64,000 nt of DNA from assembly GCA_965112155.1 (NCBI GenBank), contig OZ218102.1. One strand, 5' to 3'. Source of the DNA: Podarcis liolepis. Lineage: Eukaryota. The notes below the pieces were generated by a model. That model did no database searches, had not been told where the DNA came from, and saw nothing but the letters and a program-made list of their open reading frames with translations. Below, piece by piece: positions 24,693 through 37,870 of the stretch (positions are counted from its first letter, which is position 1; the number at the start of each line of letters is the position of its first letter). The translations under genes were made by a program, and so were the position numbers.

Positions 24693-25037
24693 AAGGTAAA
24701 GGTAAAGGGACCCCTGACCATTAGGTCCAGTCGTGACCGACTCTGGGGTTGCAGCGCTCATCTCGCTTTATTGGCCAAGGGAGCTGGCGTACAGCTGCCG
24801 GGTCATGTGGCCAGCATGACTAAGCCGCTTCTGGTGAACCAGAGCAGCGCACGGAAACGCCATTTACCTTCCTGCCTATTTATCTACTTGCACTTTGGCG
24901 TGCTTTCGAACTGCTAGGTTGGCAGGAGCAGGGACCAAGCAACAGGAGCTCACCCCGTCACGGGGATTCGAACCGCTGACCTTCTGATCAGCAAGTCCTA
25001 GGGTCTGTGGTTTAAACCACAGCACTACCTGCGTCCC
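24693..25037 (-). mobile_element. Sauria SINE with imperfect 13-bp TSD (TATGGCTACATTA/TATGGCGACTTTA)
   Basis: Reverse complement of the same family; (AAAGGT)n at the left end. Confidence 0.92.
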
Positions 25038-25155
25038 TATGGCGACTTTACCTTGTAACATATTGGGACATGGTTTTGTTTTATATACGCAGTGTATATA
25101 AATTCACAATGTATGTGGGATTACATGAAAGGTTCAGTTCAAAATACAAAGTATC

Positions 25156-25931
25156 TGTTGGTGGTTGTCACATAAGACTAGCCTGGGAAAAGTGGGTTCT
25201 TTTTATACTGAGCTAAAGGAATTGTAAAACCTCGCTTCTAATTGGCCTGCTGGACGGAAATTCTGGATCGTTCGCCACACAGGAAAAGCGGTCTTATGAG
25301 GAGAGAGAATTCTATGCCACTCAAATCTGATTGATTGAAGCGTGGGCTGGCAGGAACATAAGCAGACTGGGTCTACCACTGTTTGGAGTGTGTTGACCAG
25401 GAGTAGAAAAAAGAAAAAGCTGGGATAGAAGACAGAAGGCTTCTGGATGGACAGGAGGCTACTGAGGCAAGGGAAAACCAGGAAGTACAGTCTGCCCCCA
25501 AAAGAGCTGATTCACTGGCTTATGCCAAAGATTAGCAGAGAAACCATGAAAAGTCTGTGAGCAGTGAAGGGAGAGTTTATAGCAAGAAAGCTTCTGGAGC
25601 TGAACAGAGAGAAATTCCGGCAAGCCTGGCTGATAGGAAAACCAGCAGAAGCCATCTGCACCCGATAGTGGTGATAGCTGCATGCCTGAGGAAAAGAGAC
25701 TATGGATAATTGGCACTTTTAGGAACTGCGTTTTACAAATCCATCTTAATTCAATTTCTGTATTTGAAAGCAACTGTCATTATAACAGTGTCATTATAAA
25801 AGCAAGAATTAGTGACCAATTTAACTGCAGTATTGCCCTTATTTTACCCCTGCGGGTGGTAATAAATAAAGAACATTTCGTTGTTTTGATTTGCTTACAA
25901 AGCTGCTTGGCTACTGGGTTATAGTTTAACA
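25156..25931 (+). mobile_element. Solo LTR (776 bp; TGTT...AACA, 4-bp TSD TATC/TGTC)
   Basis: LTR-type termini, AATAAA at ~25861; shares GGGTTCTTTTTATA and CTCAAATCTGA...GGCTGGC.GGAACATAA blocks with ~2990-3150. Confidence 0.6.
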
Positions 25932-26570
25932 TGTCTGTAAACAGTAAAGCATAGATGGTGGCAGTGCTTAAAGGGTTTTGAAACATACAATAATGGTGGG
26001 AGTATAACAGAAACTGTTTCATACATCTGATGAATCAACAGGGAGAAATAGAGGCTGTTTCTGCGCATATAAGAGGAAGTAATTCTCCATCACAGAACAT
26101 TATAGCGCGGCTGAATGGACCCTTATGATAAGAGAAGGTGGAGCTACACTAACAACACACTGCAGCCCTCAGCAAAATAACTTTGTAGGCTGGCGTGCAT
26201 GAGAAAAACAGGCTGAATATTGCTATCATATCTCAACACTTGTACAGTATAAGTAAAAAAACCCAAAAACTATCAATGCCAGTTTCCCAACAACTTCAGG
26301 GTATGATTATTTTCCTACCTAGTGTAAGAAAACAAGTGTTAAATGGTTGCAAAACGTTAGCCACACTACTTTAATTTTGTTTTTCAACAGGAGACACTCT
26401 CCAGAATTAAGACAAGTCACCTAATACCCATTCTAGCCACAATCTGAAAAGCACTAACATGCTGCTAGGTCTTTCCACTCATGCTAGAGCAACAATCCAG
26501 AAAGCACCAGTGGTTTTGGCCTACTAGAGAGTTTCCTCTTTAATTTCTAAAGCAGCTTACCATGGACCTG

Positions 26571-26606
26571 GGGGGAGGGAGGGAGGGAGGGAGGGAGGGA
26601 GGGAGG

Positions 26607-26638
<32 letters not shown>

Positions 26639-26652
26639 GGGGAGGGAGGGAG
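26571..26652 (+). repeat. (GGAG)n(AAAG)n compound polypurine microsatellite
   Basis: Direct inspection. Confidence 0.95.
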
Positions 26653-27423
26653 AGTGCTGCTGTTGCTGTTTGACGGGAGGAGAGTGTGTGCCTCCTAGCT
26701 AAGTCACATTGTTCTCTGGGTTGTGGCCAAGACTTGAGCTTAGTTTTGCAGCTTAGAGTTGTTTGAATTGTGTGCTTTTACATAACTTGAAGCTGGTCCG
26801 GAACAGATATTACGGCTTCGACCAGTTATACTATCTTTATTCCCTACTCACGTGGAACTGCAGTGATTTCAAAAGATCACCACATATGTTGTGGATACTG
26901 AGAATGAGCCATAGGCGCAGGAGCAGATGTCAGTCATGTGGACAGTATGGGGGGAGGTGCAAAAGGGCAGACTGTGTGGTGCTTCTATGAGACAACAACT
27001 ATGGCTGCTTCTAATTACATCACTGCCCACAAATTATCCTGAAGACATTGCCCTGTGGGTTTCTGGGAGTGGCATCTGAAATGCTAAAGATTAAGAACAT
27101 AGCACAGCCTATTTCCACTCTCTTTAAAAACAACAACTGGAGACTTCAGATTTGTCCTGGCTCTTTTGACTTTAGCATAATACTTTATGTGAACCTGAAT
27201 AGTTTTGCTCCCCCCCCCCACCTTGAGCCTCCAATGTGTTGGCCCCACAGTGACCAAGTGTCCTACACTACAGATGACAGTCCTCTGTTGGGACGGCTGT
27301 CCAGTCCAAGTCCAGTTTAACAGACAGATAACTTTCAAAGGGGAGAGCAAAGCCCCTGAATTTTCCCATTAACAGCTAACATCAGGACATCCTGATTCCA
27401 TCAGGAATTCCTAATACTACCTA

Positions 27424-27676
27424 CAGTGGTGCCCCACAAGACGAATGCCTCGCAAGACGAAAAACTCGCTAGACGAAAGGGTTTTTCGGTTTTGCGTTGC
27501 TTCGCTAGACGAATTTCCCTATGGGCTTGCTTCGCAAGACGAAAACGTCTTGCGCTTTTTTCTTAAAGCCGCTTGAAGAGGCGCAGTTGCGACGGACCGT
27601 GCTTCGCAAGACGAAAAACATCGCAAGACAAAAAGACTCGCGGAACGAATTATTTTCGTCTTGCGAGGCACCACTG
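27424..27676. mobile_element. Tigger-like MITE with internal (CGCAAGACGAA) repeats
   Basis: TA|CAGTGGTGCC...GGCACCACTG|TA. Confidence 0.85.
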
Positions 27677-28153
27677 TAAATTGTTTAGTCAACCATGGAG
27701 ACAATGAACCTCGTACACTAGTCTGAAGTTCACAGACTGTGATCCATTGCTAAGGTGTTGGCCGTTCCTCAGATCCCAACACCTACACTGCATTTGAAGA
27801 TGCTAAAAATACAATTGTGCCATGGCATAATCCTATTATGCCGTGAGTCACCAAGTGACTATTAAAGACGCAGCACAGTCCTAAACAAGTTAACTACTAA
27901 AGTATTAGGGCACCCTTGGCTGGAATCCTTTATACAGAGATTACAGCTGACCCAGATAATGAAGACAGCTTTGTTAAGGAAACCAGGATGAAAGAAACAC
28001 GCCGACAAAAGTGCCCATTAAACAGCCAGTACAATGGACCCTGAAACCTGTTCACTTTTGAAATTGCCCACTATTGTAATGATACAGAAAGTGCACCCTA
28101 AAGAGAAACAGTGATGGCAACTTCTATATTCTAAAACATACAATGGTAGAGAA

Positions 28154-28477
28154 CAGAGGTAGGCAACCTAAGGCCCAGGGGCCAGATGCGACCCAATCAC
28201 CGTCTCAACCCAGCCCGCAGACGGTCCAGGAATGAGTGTGTTTTTACATTAGTAGAATATGTCCTTTTATTTAAAATGCATCTCTGGGTTATTTGTGGGG
28301 CCTGCCTGGTATTTTTACATGAGTAGAATTTGTGCTTTTATTTAAAAGGCATCTCTAGGTTATTTGTGGGTCATAGGAATTTGTTCATTTTCTCTCTCTT
28401 TTAAATATAGTCCAGTCCACCACATGGTCTGAGGGACAGTGGACCAGCCCACGGCTGAAAAAGGTTGCTGACCCCTG
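28154..28477 (+). mobile_element. hAT MITE, same family, with internal tandem duplication
   Basis: Homology to 23200-23451; degenerate TSD GTAGAGAA/GTGTAGAA. Confidence 0.85.
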
Positions 28478-31400
28478 GTGTAGAACAATATTGTTAAGTC
28501 TTAAGTAGGTTTTAATTTGCTTTTCTATTTATCACAATTTCTAAGCAACCAATCGGCACGTCCACACAGTGAAATACAACACTGCAATCATTATCCTTAT
28601 TTCAAGTGAGAAAATTTTGTTCCTTGTTTTCTTTAACTGCTGCCTTTGCCATGTGCAAGTGCAAGAGGCACTTTGGCAGACTGGCTTCAGAGTGCTCACA
28701 TTTGAGAACTGCTACTTCCCTGCCTAATTCACAGCTTAGTGAGAACTCCCCCATGCTGTGTGATCAGAGAGTAAGGGGAGGCTATGATTACATGAGATCA
28801 TAAGGAAAAAGAAAAGAGTCGGAACTTCATTAAAAGTCACACAGAAAGCAGCAACGTCACAACAGACCAAATCATACATGCCTAGATAAAGCTCTTAAAT
28901 AAAACACTCACGTTTCCCCCCCCTCCAGCTGCATTTCTCCATACAATGTGTACAATGCGCGACATCAGTAGCTTTTGAGAAAAAGAGGAGGAGGAGAAGA
29001 CCTTACTGGGGAATTCGGTTCATCTGGAGGAAGCCTGTAACTTATGTGGGAGGAACTATGTACCGTTAGAGAGAACTTTAAGCCTATCGCCATTCACGAA
29101 TGCTAGATTTATTTCACTGCAGCTTTCACAGATCAGAGAATGAGGAAGGGTGTGCCAAGAGAATGTAGATTACATGGTATGTTGGGTGTGGTGGTATTCA
29201 GCAAGCTCAGTTTTCCAGTGCTTAAAAATGGTGGGGCAATTTTAGGATTAAAATATATTGCTTTTAATTTCCTTTTTGCTCCTGAAAAGTATCTGCAACC
29301 TAGATAATTAAAACTGAGTTACAAAACTCCAGGTTTGAGTATCTTAAGTATATTAATGCAGCAATCTAAAATTCATTCCAATTCCTACCTATGTAAGTGT
29401 TTGCAGATGCTAAAGTTGCAAATTGAAAACACAACAGTCAGTTACTGTAAAGAAAGCCTTTATTTTTACAAACAAAGCTAATTCTTTTAAGAAGGGTGCA
29501 AAATCACAGAGAGTGGATTTTAAGGGGGGAAACTGAGAAAAGGCAATCCTATTTTTACCAAATTACTCTGTCAAAATATCAAACAATTACAGGGAAAAGG
29601 AGGTTTCTAAAACTGATCTTTTAAACCCAAGTTCCCTTAACAGAGACACATCAGAGGTCAATGGACTGTACTGTGGCATTCTGATCTTTTTGACAGTACT
29701 AGCACTTACAGACCACTTCATATTGTTATACTACTACTGTAGTTGCAGTTGCTACCTGCTACTAGTTAACACCTGTAACAAAGTCTGACTGCCATTCAAT
29801 GTTCCTTTGCCACTACTGATACACACTTTCCTTTGGTCTTAGAAACACTTCTCCAATGCAACACTCCAGATATAACAGCTGTCCCCAAATAACTACTGTG
29901 GTTCTCAGGCATGACCCATCCCATTTCACCATTTGAGGCGAAACAGGAATTACCGCCTCCTGCCCCCTCCTGCTTTCCCACCAACATTGAAATGTCCCAG
30001 CTCTCACTGAGCTCAGCAAGCACTGGGGTGTTCCTCAAAGTGTTGCCTCTCAGCTTCTCCACCCTGGGTGAGGGAAGACTAGTAGCAATGCTGCATGCTG
30101 GAATGCCTTCCTCTTGCCAGCAAGAAGGGGCGTTCCAGCAGCAGTGGAAGTGGCGAGGTGGGCGGAGTTCTGCCTCTCGCGCTTTGACCACCTGAAGCAG
30201 GTGGTTCTGCTCAAGTAAACATTCTCAACAGAAGTTACCACGATTGGTAGCATACCAATGGTGCAACAACTACTGCTAAAAATATTAGCACTTAAGGGAG
30301 TCAGCAGAAGAGGTAAGAAAGAGAAAGATTCAAGAAGTAAAAACAACACATGGTGTACCGTAAATCATCAAAGTGCCAGCACACGTTTCTGAATAAGAAT
30401 GAAAAAACTGCAAGTAAACACACACACACGCACACACGTAGAAATTGTTCCATGTGTGGTCAGAGAGAATATCAAAGCAACTTCAGCCAGGCAACAAATA
30501 AATAACATTCATAGAAAATCATTTAGTATGGTAACATGGGGGAAGGAATAAACCAGAACTACAATTCAATGCATGTCTATAGAAAAGTAAGCCCCATTGA
30601 CTTAAATGGGGTAATGTAAGTAAGCAATATATCGCTGGTGAAACCATCACCGCTATTGAGTCCCTCTGCTAGCGGTGCCCACTGGAGGAAAGAACTCTTA
30701 AAATGCAATGTCACAAAAATTAAACGGAAGTGTAAAATTAATTCTTGAATCAAAATAGGAAGGAGAAACAAGGCAAGGGTACTTGCTGAGTTCTAACATT
30801 TCCCACGCAAAATGCAGTTCAAGTCTGCACAGGATTAAACAGAAAGGTCAGGCATTGCCTCTTTCTCCTGCCTCAGTGCCACTGCCTTTCCATAAGAATT
30901 GCCATCTACATCACCAACGCAGAACGTGTGTTATGTGGACTGTGGACAGGACAAAGGTTAAAAGATTAGCCATGCTAAAAAGATTTATATTCTCCCCTAG
31001 AGTTAATGTTCTAAGAATAATGCTGGTCATTGACCATAACAAAGAGATTGATTGATGAAGGCAGAAAGATTAGCAAATTCTACATATGGTATAAGCTTCT
31101 TTGCACTTTGAACCTCAAAAGCATGGAGTACATTCTGCAATCTCGTATCAGATATAGATCTCAGTGTGGTTACTTACAGTTCATGGGCTAGCTGAGGAGT
31201 AGCTAACATAGTGCTTAACTACAACATTCCTGATTTGCCATGCTGGCTGAGACAGTAGCATTATAGCTCAACAGCAACCTTGCTTTAAATATACTATTCC
31301 CTCTTATTTTCTTTCCATGAAAAAGAAAGTAAGAGGGAATAGTAGAAGATTAGCCACATCCACACAGTCAATAAATAATCTATGGAAGTAAACTGTAAAG

Positions 31401-32290
31401 TGGCAAACTTGTCTCAGGACTTGCAGGAGTATCAGCGGGGGGCGGGGAGAAAAAACCTCAACTTTGCTGAAGCCTCCCTCATAGAAGCTCAACAAATGTG
31501 GGTGTTCCTCTCCCCAAAAAGCTCAACAACTTTGATAAAGGCTCCCCTAAAAAAGCTCAACCAATGGGTAGATCATTGCCACTTTTTTAATAGTGGGAGT
31601 AGATCGCAGTCTCTTGGAAGCTGGACATCCCTGCTATATGAAGCAGGCGAGAACCTTTACAAACAAAGATTGTCAGCCACTGGAATACATATTTGGGAAC
31701 CTATTCAAATCAATACACAAAATATTCCTTTGGTACATTTATATACCTCCCTTCATAATGCAAATTTCAGGACCGTTAAAATATGAATTGAAACTTGCAG
31801 GAAAATCTTATATCCCACATTGTTAGTCAAGCTGATGTTACTTCATGTGCTCACTGAATGAGTTTTAGTGCTATAGCCTGTGTTTGCACACAGAAACAAA
31901 CACAGATGTCTGTATGTGGGAGAGATTTGATGGTGCTTGCAAAAGTATATGGGAGAGGTGAAAGAATGCAAGAGATTTTACCTTCAGGGATGACTGATGC
32001 AGTACAGTGATAACTGCAAGTTGTTGGTTTAAAAAAAATTATTAGCATTTCTCAGGAATGTAAGCTTTCTGGTTTTGCCAAAATCCAGAGATCCCTTCCC
32101 TCTAGACTTTACAACAAAACGCATTTCACATGCTTTTTTTTAAAAAAAAAAACTTGGCTTCAAAGTTTCCCCAGATATGGCAAATGAAAGGATCACTTAC
32201 ACTTGAACCAAACTACACTGCAATTTCGCTTTCAAAGTATTTGTAAAAACAAACCAGGTAGTATGAACTTTGAAGTGTGGGGGGGGGATA

Positions 32291-32490
32291 CAGTCGTACC
32301 TTGGTTTTCAAATGCCTTGTGAGTCAAACGTTTTGGCTACCAAACGTTGCAAACCCAGAAGTGACTGTTCCAGTTTCCAAACTATTTTTGGACCTCAAAC
32401 GCCCAACAGGGCTTGTGCGGTTTCTGATCAGAAGCTGTGCTTTGGTTTTTGAACATTTTGGAAGTCGAACGGACTTCCAAGGTATGACTG
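32291..32490 (+). mobile_element. Tc1/mariner MITE (CAGTCGTACCTTGG TIR)
   Basis: TA TSD and TIRs; homologous to 38944-39193. Confidence 0.85.
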
Positions 32491-32598
32491 TATATTCTAA
32501 ATGCACACTAAAAAAAATCAAATGACTATAAAATGTGCGAAATAGCCAGATTAAGATTTGAACTTTGCAAGGTGCTTTTAGACAACTCTTGCATAGTA

Positions 32599-33646
32599 CC
32601 GTATTTTTCGCTCTATAACACGCATCTGACCATAACACGCATGTAGTTTTTAGAGGAGGAAAACGAGGAAAAAATATTCTAAATGAAACAGTGGATGTAT
32701 GATTTTTATGGTTCATGCTGTGGCCACAGACATGTGATCTGACAGTGAGTTTGGGGTAGCCCAATGCAAAAATCCTGAGGATCCATGTGGATCCGTGTTT
32801 GTAACCACGTTTTAAGTGGGGAGGGAAGGAAAAGAACTCAAGGGACAAGGAGCTTTTCCGCGGAGAGGAGGGAGGGAAAGAGCACTGTTGCTTTAAAGGT
32901 ATACTTAAGGTATTTGCCCTGTGCCTGGGTTTTTTTTCCATTTAACAGTTTGCAGCCTTTTCCTTCCGCTCCTTGTTCTGAGGCGGAATAGATTTGAGCA
33001 AGTGAGGAGGACTTGGATTGCAGGGGATTCACCATTAGCTGTGTGTAAAAGCGCTCCTCCTTGCAGCCTGAATGATAAGCAGCCACCAGCAGCAATAGAA
33101 TAGAGCACAAAAAAGAGGTAGGGGCACTAGGACCCAGACAATGCTCAAATCTATCCTGCCTGAAAACAAGCTGCTTCATCCCAGCCGATCAGCTGAGACG
33201 CGGGGATTTGCGAAGTTTTCCCCTCTCCCTCATTCCCTCCCCAGCCTTTTTTTTTACTTCCTGGTTTTCACTGCGCTGGCTCAGAGCTCGAGGTTGGTTT
33301 TAATTTGCTGCTGGTTGCTTAAATTTTATCTTTCCTGCCGTCTCTCTGCAGCCTCATTGCTCTGTTTAGAGAGCGCGCAGACCTTTGCTAGCGTCTGTCC
33401 CTCCTCCCGTGTAAGCGGCTGCTGCCGGCTTTGCTGCTATGGCTCTCCTTCCCTCCCTCCTTCCTGGCTCCAGGTCGCTTTAAAGAAAGCAAAGTGAGAG
33501 CCTCGTAGAGCGTGTAAGTGGCTCCCGCTTTGCCTGACTGACGGCAGCCATGGCTCTGATCCGTGCATTCGCTCCTTAACACGCACAGGCATTTTCCCTT
33601 ACTTTCTCGGAGCAAAAAAGTGCGTGTTTTGGTGCGAAATTTACGG
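32599..33646. mobile_element. Non-autonomous Tc2/pogo-type DNA transposon (CCGTA TIR), 1048 bp
   Basis: TA|CCGTATTTTTCGC...GCGAAATTTACGG|TA; no transposase ORF. Confidence 0.8.
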
Positions 33647-34621
33647 TACTAATACATCTATCTATACTATTTCCTAAACTGACTACTTTAACACCCTAGC
33701 AGGAACAAATTTAACATCTTAAGTATACGACATCAGAGTTTTCTTCCATGCAATTAAAGCTTTTTATTTTATCATGAACAGTACAAACAAGTATTTGAAA
33801 CAAATATTTAATCAGATGTCACACATGGTGGAGGAAAACCTCTTCTTAATTCAGAAACATGGCCTCTGAAAGAATCTACTCAACTGTGCAGATAGTTGGT
33901 GACTTGAAACTGGGCTAAGAAGACATGCCTGCACGAATTAAACAGTACCAGCCTTTTTATCTCTGGTGTGATTCTTTACACATGTACTTTAAAAAAATAA
34001 AGAAATGGAACTGCCTTACCTATCTTGCTCCTTGAAGTCATAGTGTCACCCATCCTTTCAATTTGTTGCTGTCTTGCCTTTCATTTGTCTCCTACCAAGC
34101 AAGAAGAACTTTTTCACTAATTTCTCACTCAATGACATTGTTTCATATATATTTTTCTTACATACATTCTATAATACCAGGAAATACAAATTTAATTTTG
34201 CAAGCATGTGTTTGGTTGCTGCTGGAATTCTCCTCATATACCCCACCCGCACACAATCTTGAGGATTGGACAAAAGTCCAATGTATATTTTTTGGTCTCA
34301 TTTTTATTCCTGGGCAGCACTACAAATGTCCTCTTTCGCAATCCAATACTTATTTGGAACTCACATGGCAGCATTCCTGTGCCTCTGTGCCAGTTGCTGT
34401 GATGATAGGAGGCAAAGGGGAGTTAAAACAGTATCTGTGCCAAATTTCAACTACCTCAATCACTTTTCAGCGAGTGAATGAAGATCAAGCTTCATCACAT
34501 AGAGACACTTGAAAGTCAATGTTCACAAACAATTCCAGCTACTTAACATAGGTAAAATACAACTGTAATTGCAGTGCAGTTAAGGAAAATTCATTTACCT
34601 AACTCATCAGAAAACAAAATA

Positions 34622-34836
34622 CAGTGGTACCTCGGGTTACAGACGCTTCAGGTTACAGACGCCACTAACCCAGAAATAGTACCTCGGGTTAAGAACTTTG
34701 CTTCAGGATGAGAACAGAAATCGCGTGGCGGCGGCAGGAGGCCCCATTAACTAAAGTGGTACCTCAGGTTAAGAACAATTTCAGGTTAAGAACGGACCTC
34801 CAGAACGAATGAAGTTCTTAACCTGAGGTACCACTG
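34622..34836 (+). mobile_element. Same Tigger-like MITE family
   Basis: TIRs, TA TSD and near-identity to 19524-19762. Confidence 0.9.
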
Positions 34837-35741
34837 TACTTTACTGAAACTACAACATCTCATTAACATATATCTGCACACGCATATATCTAGCAAGAGC
34901 CAGACAAAGCACTTGTAGGCGGCCAGCACAAGGTCTGAGGTGAAAATTCCTTGCTTGATTGTCCTGTCCCTGTTTGCAAGCCAAACAAGTACATTCTTTG
35001 ATCCACTGAGATACAGGGCCCCAGAATGCAACAAGACCAACCTTATACATTTTGAGAAGAATGTAGCTATGCTGGAAGAATTTGACCAGCTTCCAGGAAC
35101 AGAAACAGATGCTGTTTCAAACTAAAAACAGCAGGAACAGGCGCACACATTGCCACACAAGTGTGGAGTGGTGTTCAGAGTGCTAGATTTCGGTGTGGGA
35201 AAACCCAGGTTAAAGAACTTTACTCAGCTGCAATATTTATGGAATGTCTAGGGCAAGTCACTGTTTTCTCTGCTTTATCCCACCTCTCTGGGATAAAGAT
35301 CCTTGAATCAGCTGGCTATATATAATAAAAAATAGTCACCCATGCTGATTTTATTTGAGATGCCTATTCTCAGCAGCACATTTCTCAACAATTGCACACT
35401 ATGAATCGGGTTGTTACTTTTATTGGTTTCTAAAGATACAGAATAAGGATTTCTGCAAGTCACCTAAGAGAATGTGGGGCCTTTCAAATTCAGCTGTCTT
35501 CAGTGGTTTGGAACAAGATCAGATCAGTGATCTTCTTGCATGATAGGATACCAATAACTGCAGAGGGTATACCATGTATGTTATACTCCCCATCCTCATG
35601 CTGTTAACAAACCAGGAAAATAAGCCAAGACAGACATATAGACATTAAGCCAGGGTTCCCTGGTTTGGATGCAATAGGGAACGGCGGCTTAATACGGACT
35701 AGAAGGGGTGCGGTATAGGAGCACTCAGCCCAAACATTAAA

Positions 35742-35744
<3 letters not shown>

Positions 35745-35773
<29 letters not shown>
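35745..35773 (+). repeat. (GT)n microsatellite
   Basis: Direct inspection. Confidence 0.95.
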
Positions 35774-35776
<3 letters not shown>

Positions 35777-37826
35777 AAACCTGCAGGGCTGCAGCTAACT
35801 TGCATATTATTTTATAAATTGTTTAACAAAGGACAAATGCCAAGTTTTAGTGGGTGGGGGATGCATGTGCGTGCTTTACAATAGTCTGATCTAGGATTGT
35901 AAAAACTCTGGAAAGTGTTTGACTGATTACATGCACAGTAACCACAGTTGGGTCTCTCTTTAAAAAAACCCAAAAAACACCTCTTCAATCTTTTCAGCAT
36001 TTCTGCCATCTTTAACAGTAAGAACTAGAAACTTTAAATAAACACACAGCAGATGGTGTTCTCAGAAGGGTCCGACCAAAAAAAAATGCATACGGGGCTG
36101 TATTGCAGTCACTTTCCTACATGCAGCCTGCCTCAGCCTTAAGCCAAAAGGGTGTTTCCCCGAATGCTTTCCTGTGGCAACAGCTCCAAAACAAAAACAG
36201 TTGCATTGTACAGCCATGAATAATTTGCAATACTCAACAGCAACAGTTTCAGTTCTTCCCCGAAATGAATCATAACATAATACTTTCAAGTCAGTCATTT
36301 CCATGTCAGTATCCGTTGCTATAGTGGCAGACAAATGCCACCTTTATTACCTTACCCAAAACCTTATGATGAAGCAGTGTGCTTTTACAAATACACCTTC
36401 TAAAGTTGCATCAAAAACACTGAGCAGGTCTCCACACAAGCTATTAAATATGCTCATTTTGAGAAAGGTTTGTTAAGATGCATGTTAATCAAGTACAATA
36501 AATCCCAAGAGATAGATGTGTTTTCCTCTGCTGTCCTTGGCAATTATCCAAGTTCTTAAAAAACACATGAAAAAACCTCCAGAAAGAGTTGTGATCATTT
36601 TCCAAGACAACTCAAGGCTTAGAAAATGTGTTCCTCCATGCACAACAGATCTTGCATCTTCTAAAACAACTTTCCTGCTGGCCCCTCCAAACACCCCACC
36701 TTCCAACTGATTACTGGCGTGTAGAAACAGGAGCACCTCTTCATCACTCTAGTGTTTTGCTATACTGTATACTAAGGAGAAAGGTACTTTGGGTGTCATA
36801 GTCCATAAATATCAAGGGCATTTGTGCCAGTGTGCTGGAAATGGAGGAAGGGGGTAGATCTTCCTTCCTTATATATCACCAGGGTGGGGAGGGGGAGAGA
36901 GAAAGGTGGGCAGGGAATTTAATCTGAGACTGAAATGAATCAGAGAACTTGTAAGGCTCACCTCCACCTTCGGGTAGGCTTTTTTAGGAGCTATCAAAGT
37001 TATTCTCAAAGTTCTTGACCTGGGAGAACTTTGCCAGAAATCTCCAGTGATTTCCTTGAAACTTGGTAGTCCAGGTGCCATCAAATCTTTCTGTTAACCA
37101 ACAACTTAACTGCAGGCTTAGCCACATTATTTATTTATTAAAAGCACATCTTGCCCTTCCAACAGCATGCTCACAGACAGCTTAGCAAAACTGTGAAAAG
37201 GAATTACACAGACGAGTATCAAATTAATAAAATTCAAAATATCTACTTCTTCCAGAAGGGATGACAAACTGAAGGCTGTTTCTCTCCTATTAGCAATTGG
37301 TAAACCTGCAGCTACACCAGGAATTGGGAGCTTTATTGATTTGAGTACTCCTGGAACTGAAAAATGTTTTCAACAAGGGTGAAGAGATGGTCACACTATG
37401 GATAGTGGCAGTTAAAGAAAGCAAACATATATATATCACGTGTTACGGGGCGGTGGTTTGCCAACTTTGTTGTATTGCAGAACACACTGCTAGTTCTTTG
37501 GGTTCTCAGCACATTTTTCAGCTCCAGGAGTACTCCAAACAATATGAATCAAATGTAAATAAATGTTAACAGCATAGGATCAAAACAATTGGTGTGAGCC
37601 GCAGATCTTACAAGCTTTACAACAAAGTTTGCCCTCTTTTTCACTATGTTGAGCAGAATACCCCCCCCCCAAAAAAACATACAAATTTAGAACATGGTAT
37701 GTACTAAGCAAGTGTAATCCAGAGTGTTATTATAAAAAAAAAATTACTAATGAGGATCAGGATTGGGTATTGCTCAGGCTCAGTATGCCCAAAGCCAAAC
37801 ATGAGGTTCATGAGCTTGAAGGCCCA

Positions 37827-37870
37827 AGGTCCCAAGCCATTTAGAAACCCAGGTCCCAAGCCATTTAGAA
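37827..37870 (+). repeat. Tandem duplication with 24-bp period (AGGTCCCAAGCCATTTAGAA x2)
   Basis: Exact 20-mer at 37827 and 37851. Confidence 0.9.

Noticed and set aside
18330-25037. Inverted SINE pair promoting exon circularisation
   Set aside because: The two opposite-orientation copies do not flank any exon I can identify.
26500-26885. Possible LTR-like repeat around the polypurine microsatellite
   Set aside because: Looks repetitive, but boundaries and TSD could not be established by eye.
27424-27676. CRISPR-like repeat/spacer appearance
   Set aside because: Repeats are ~10 bp, irregularly spaced, in both orientations and enclosed by TIRs with a TA TSD; this is a MITE in a vertebrate genome with no cas genes.
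32324-33615. 205-aa and neighbouring ORFs
   Set aside because: They cross boundaries of two non-autonomous transposons and show no transposase or other domain motifs.
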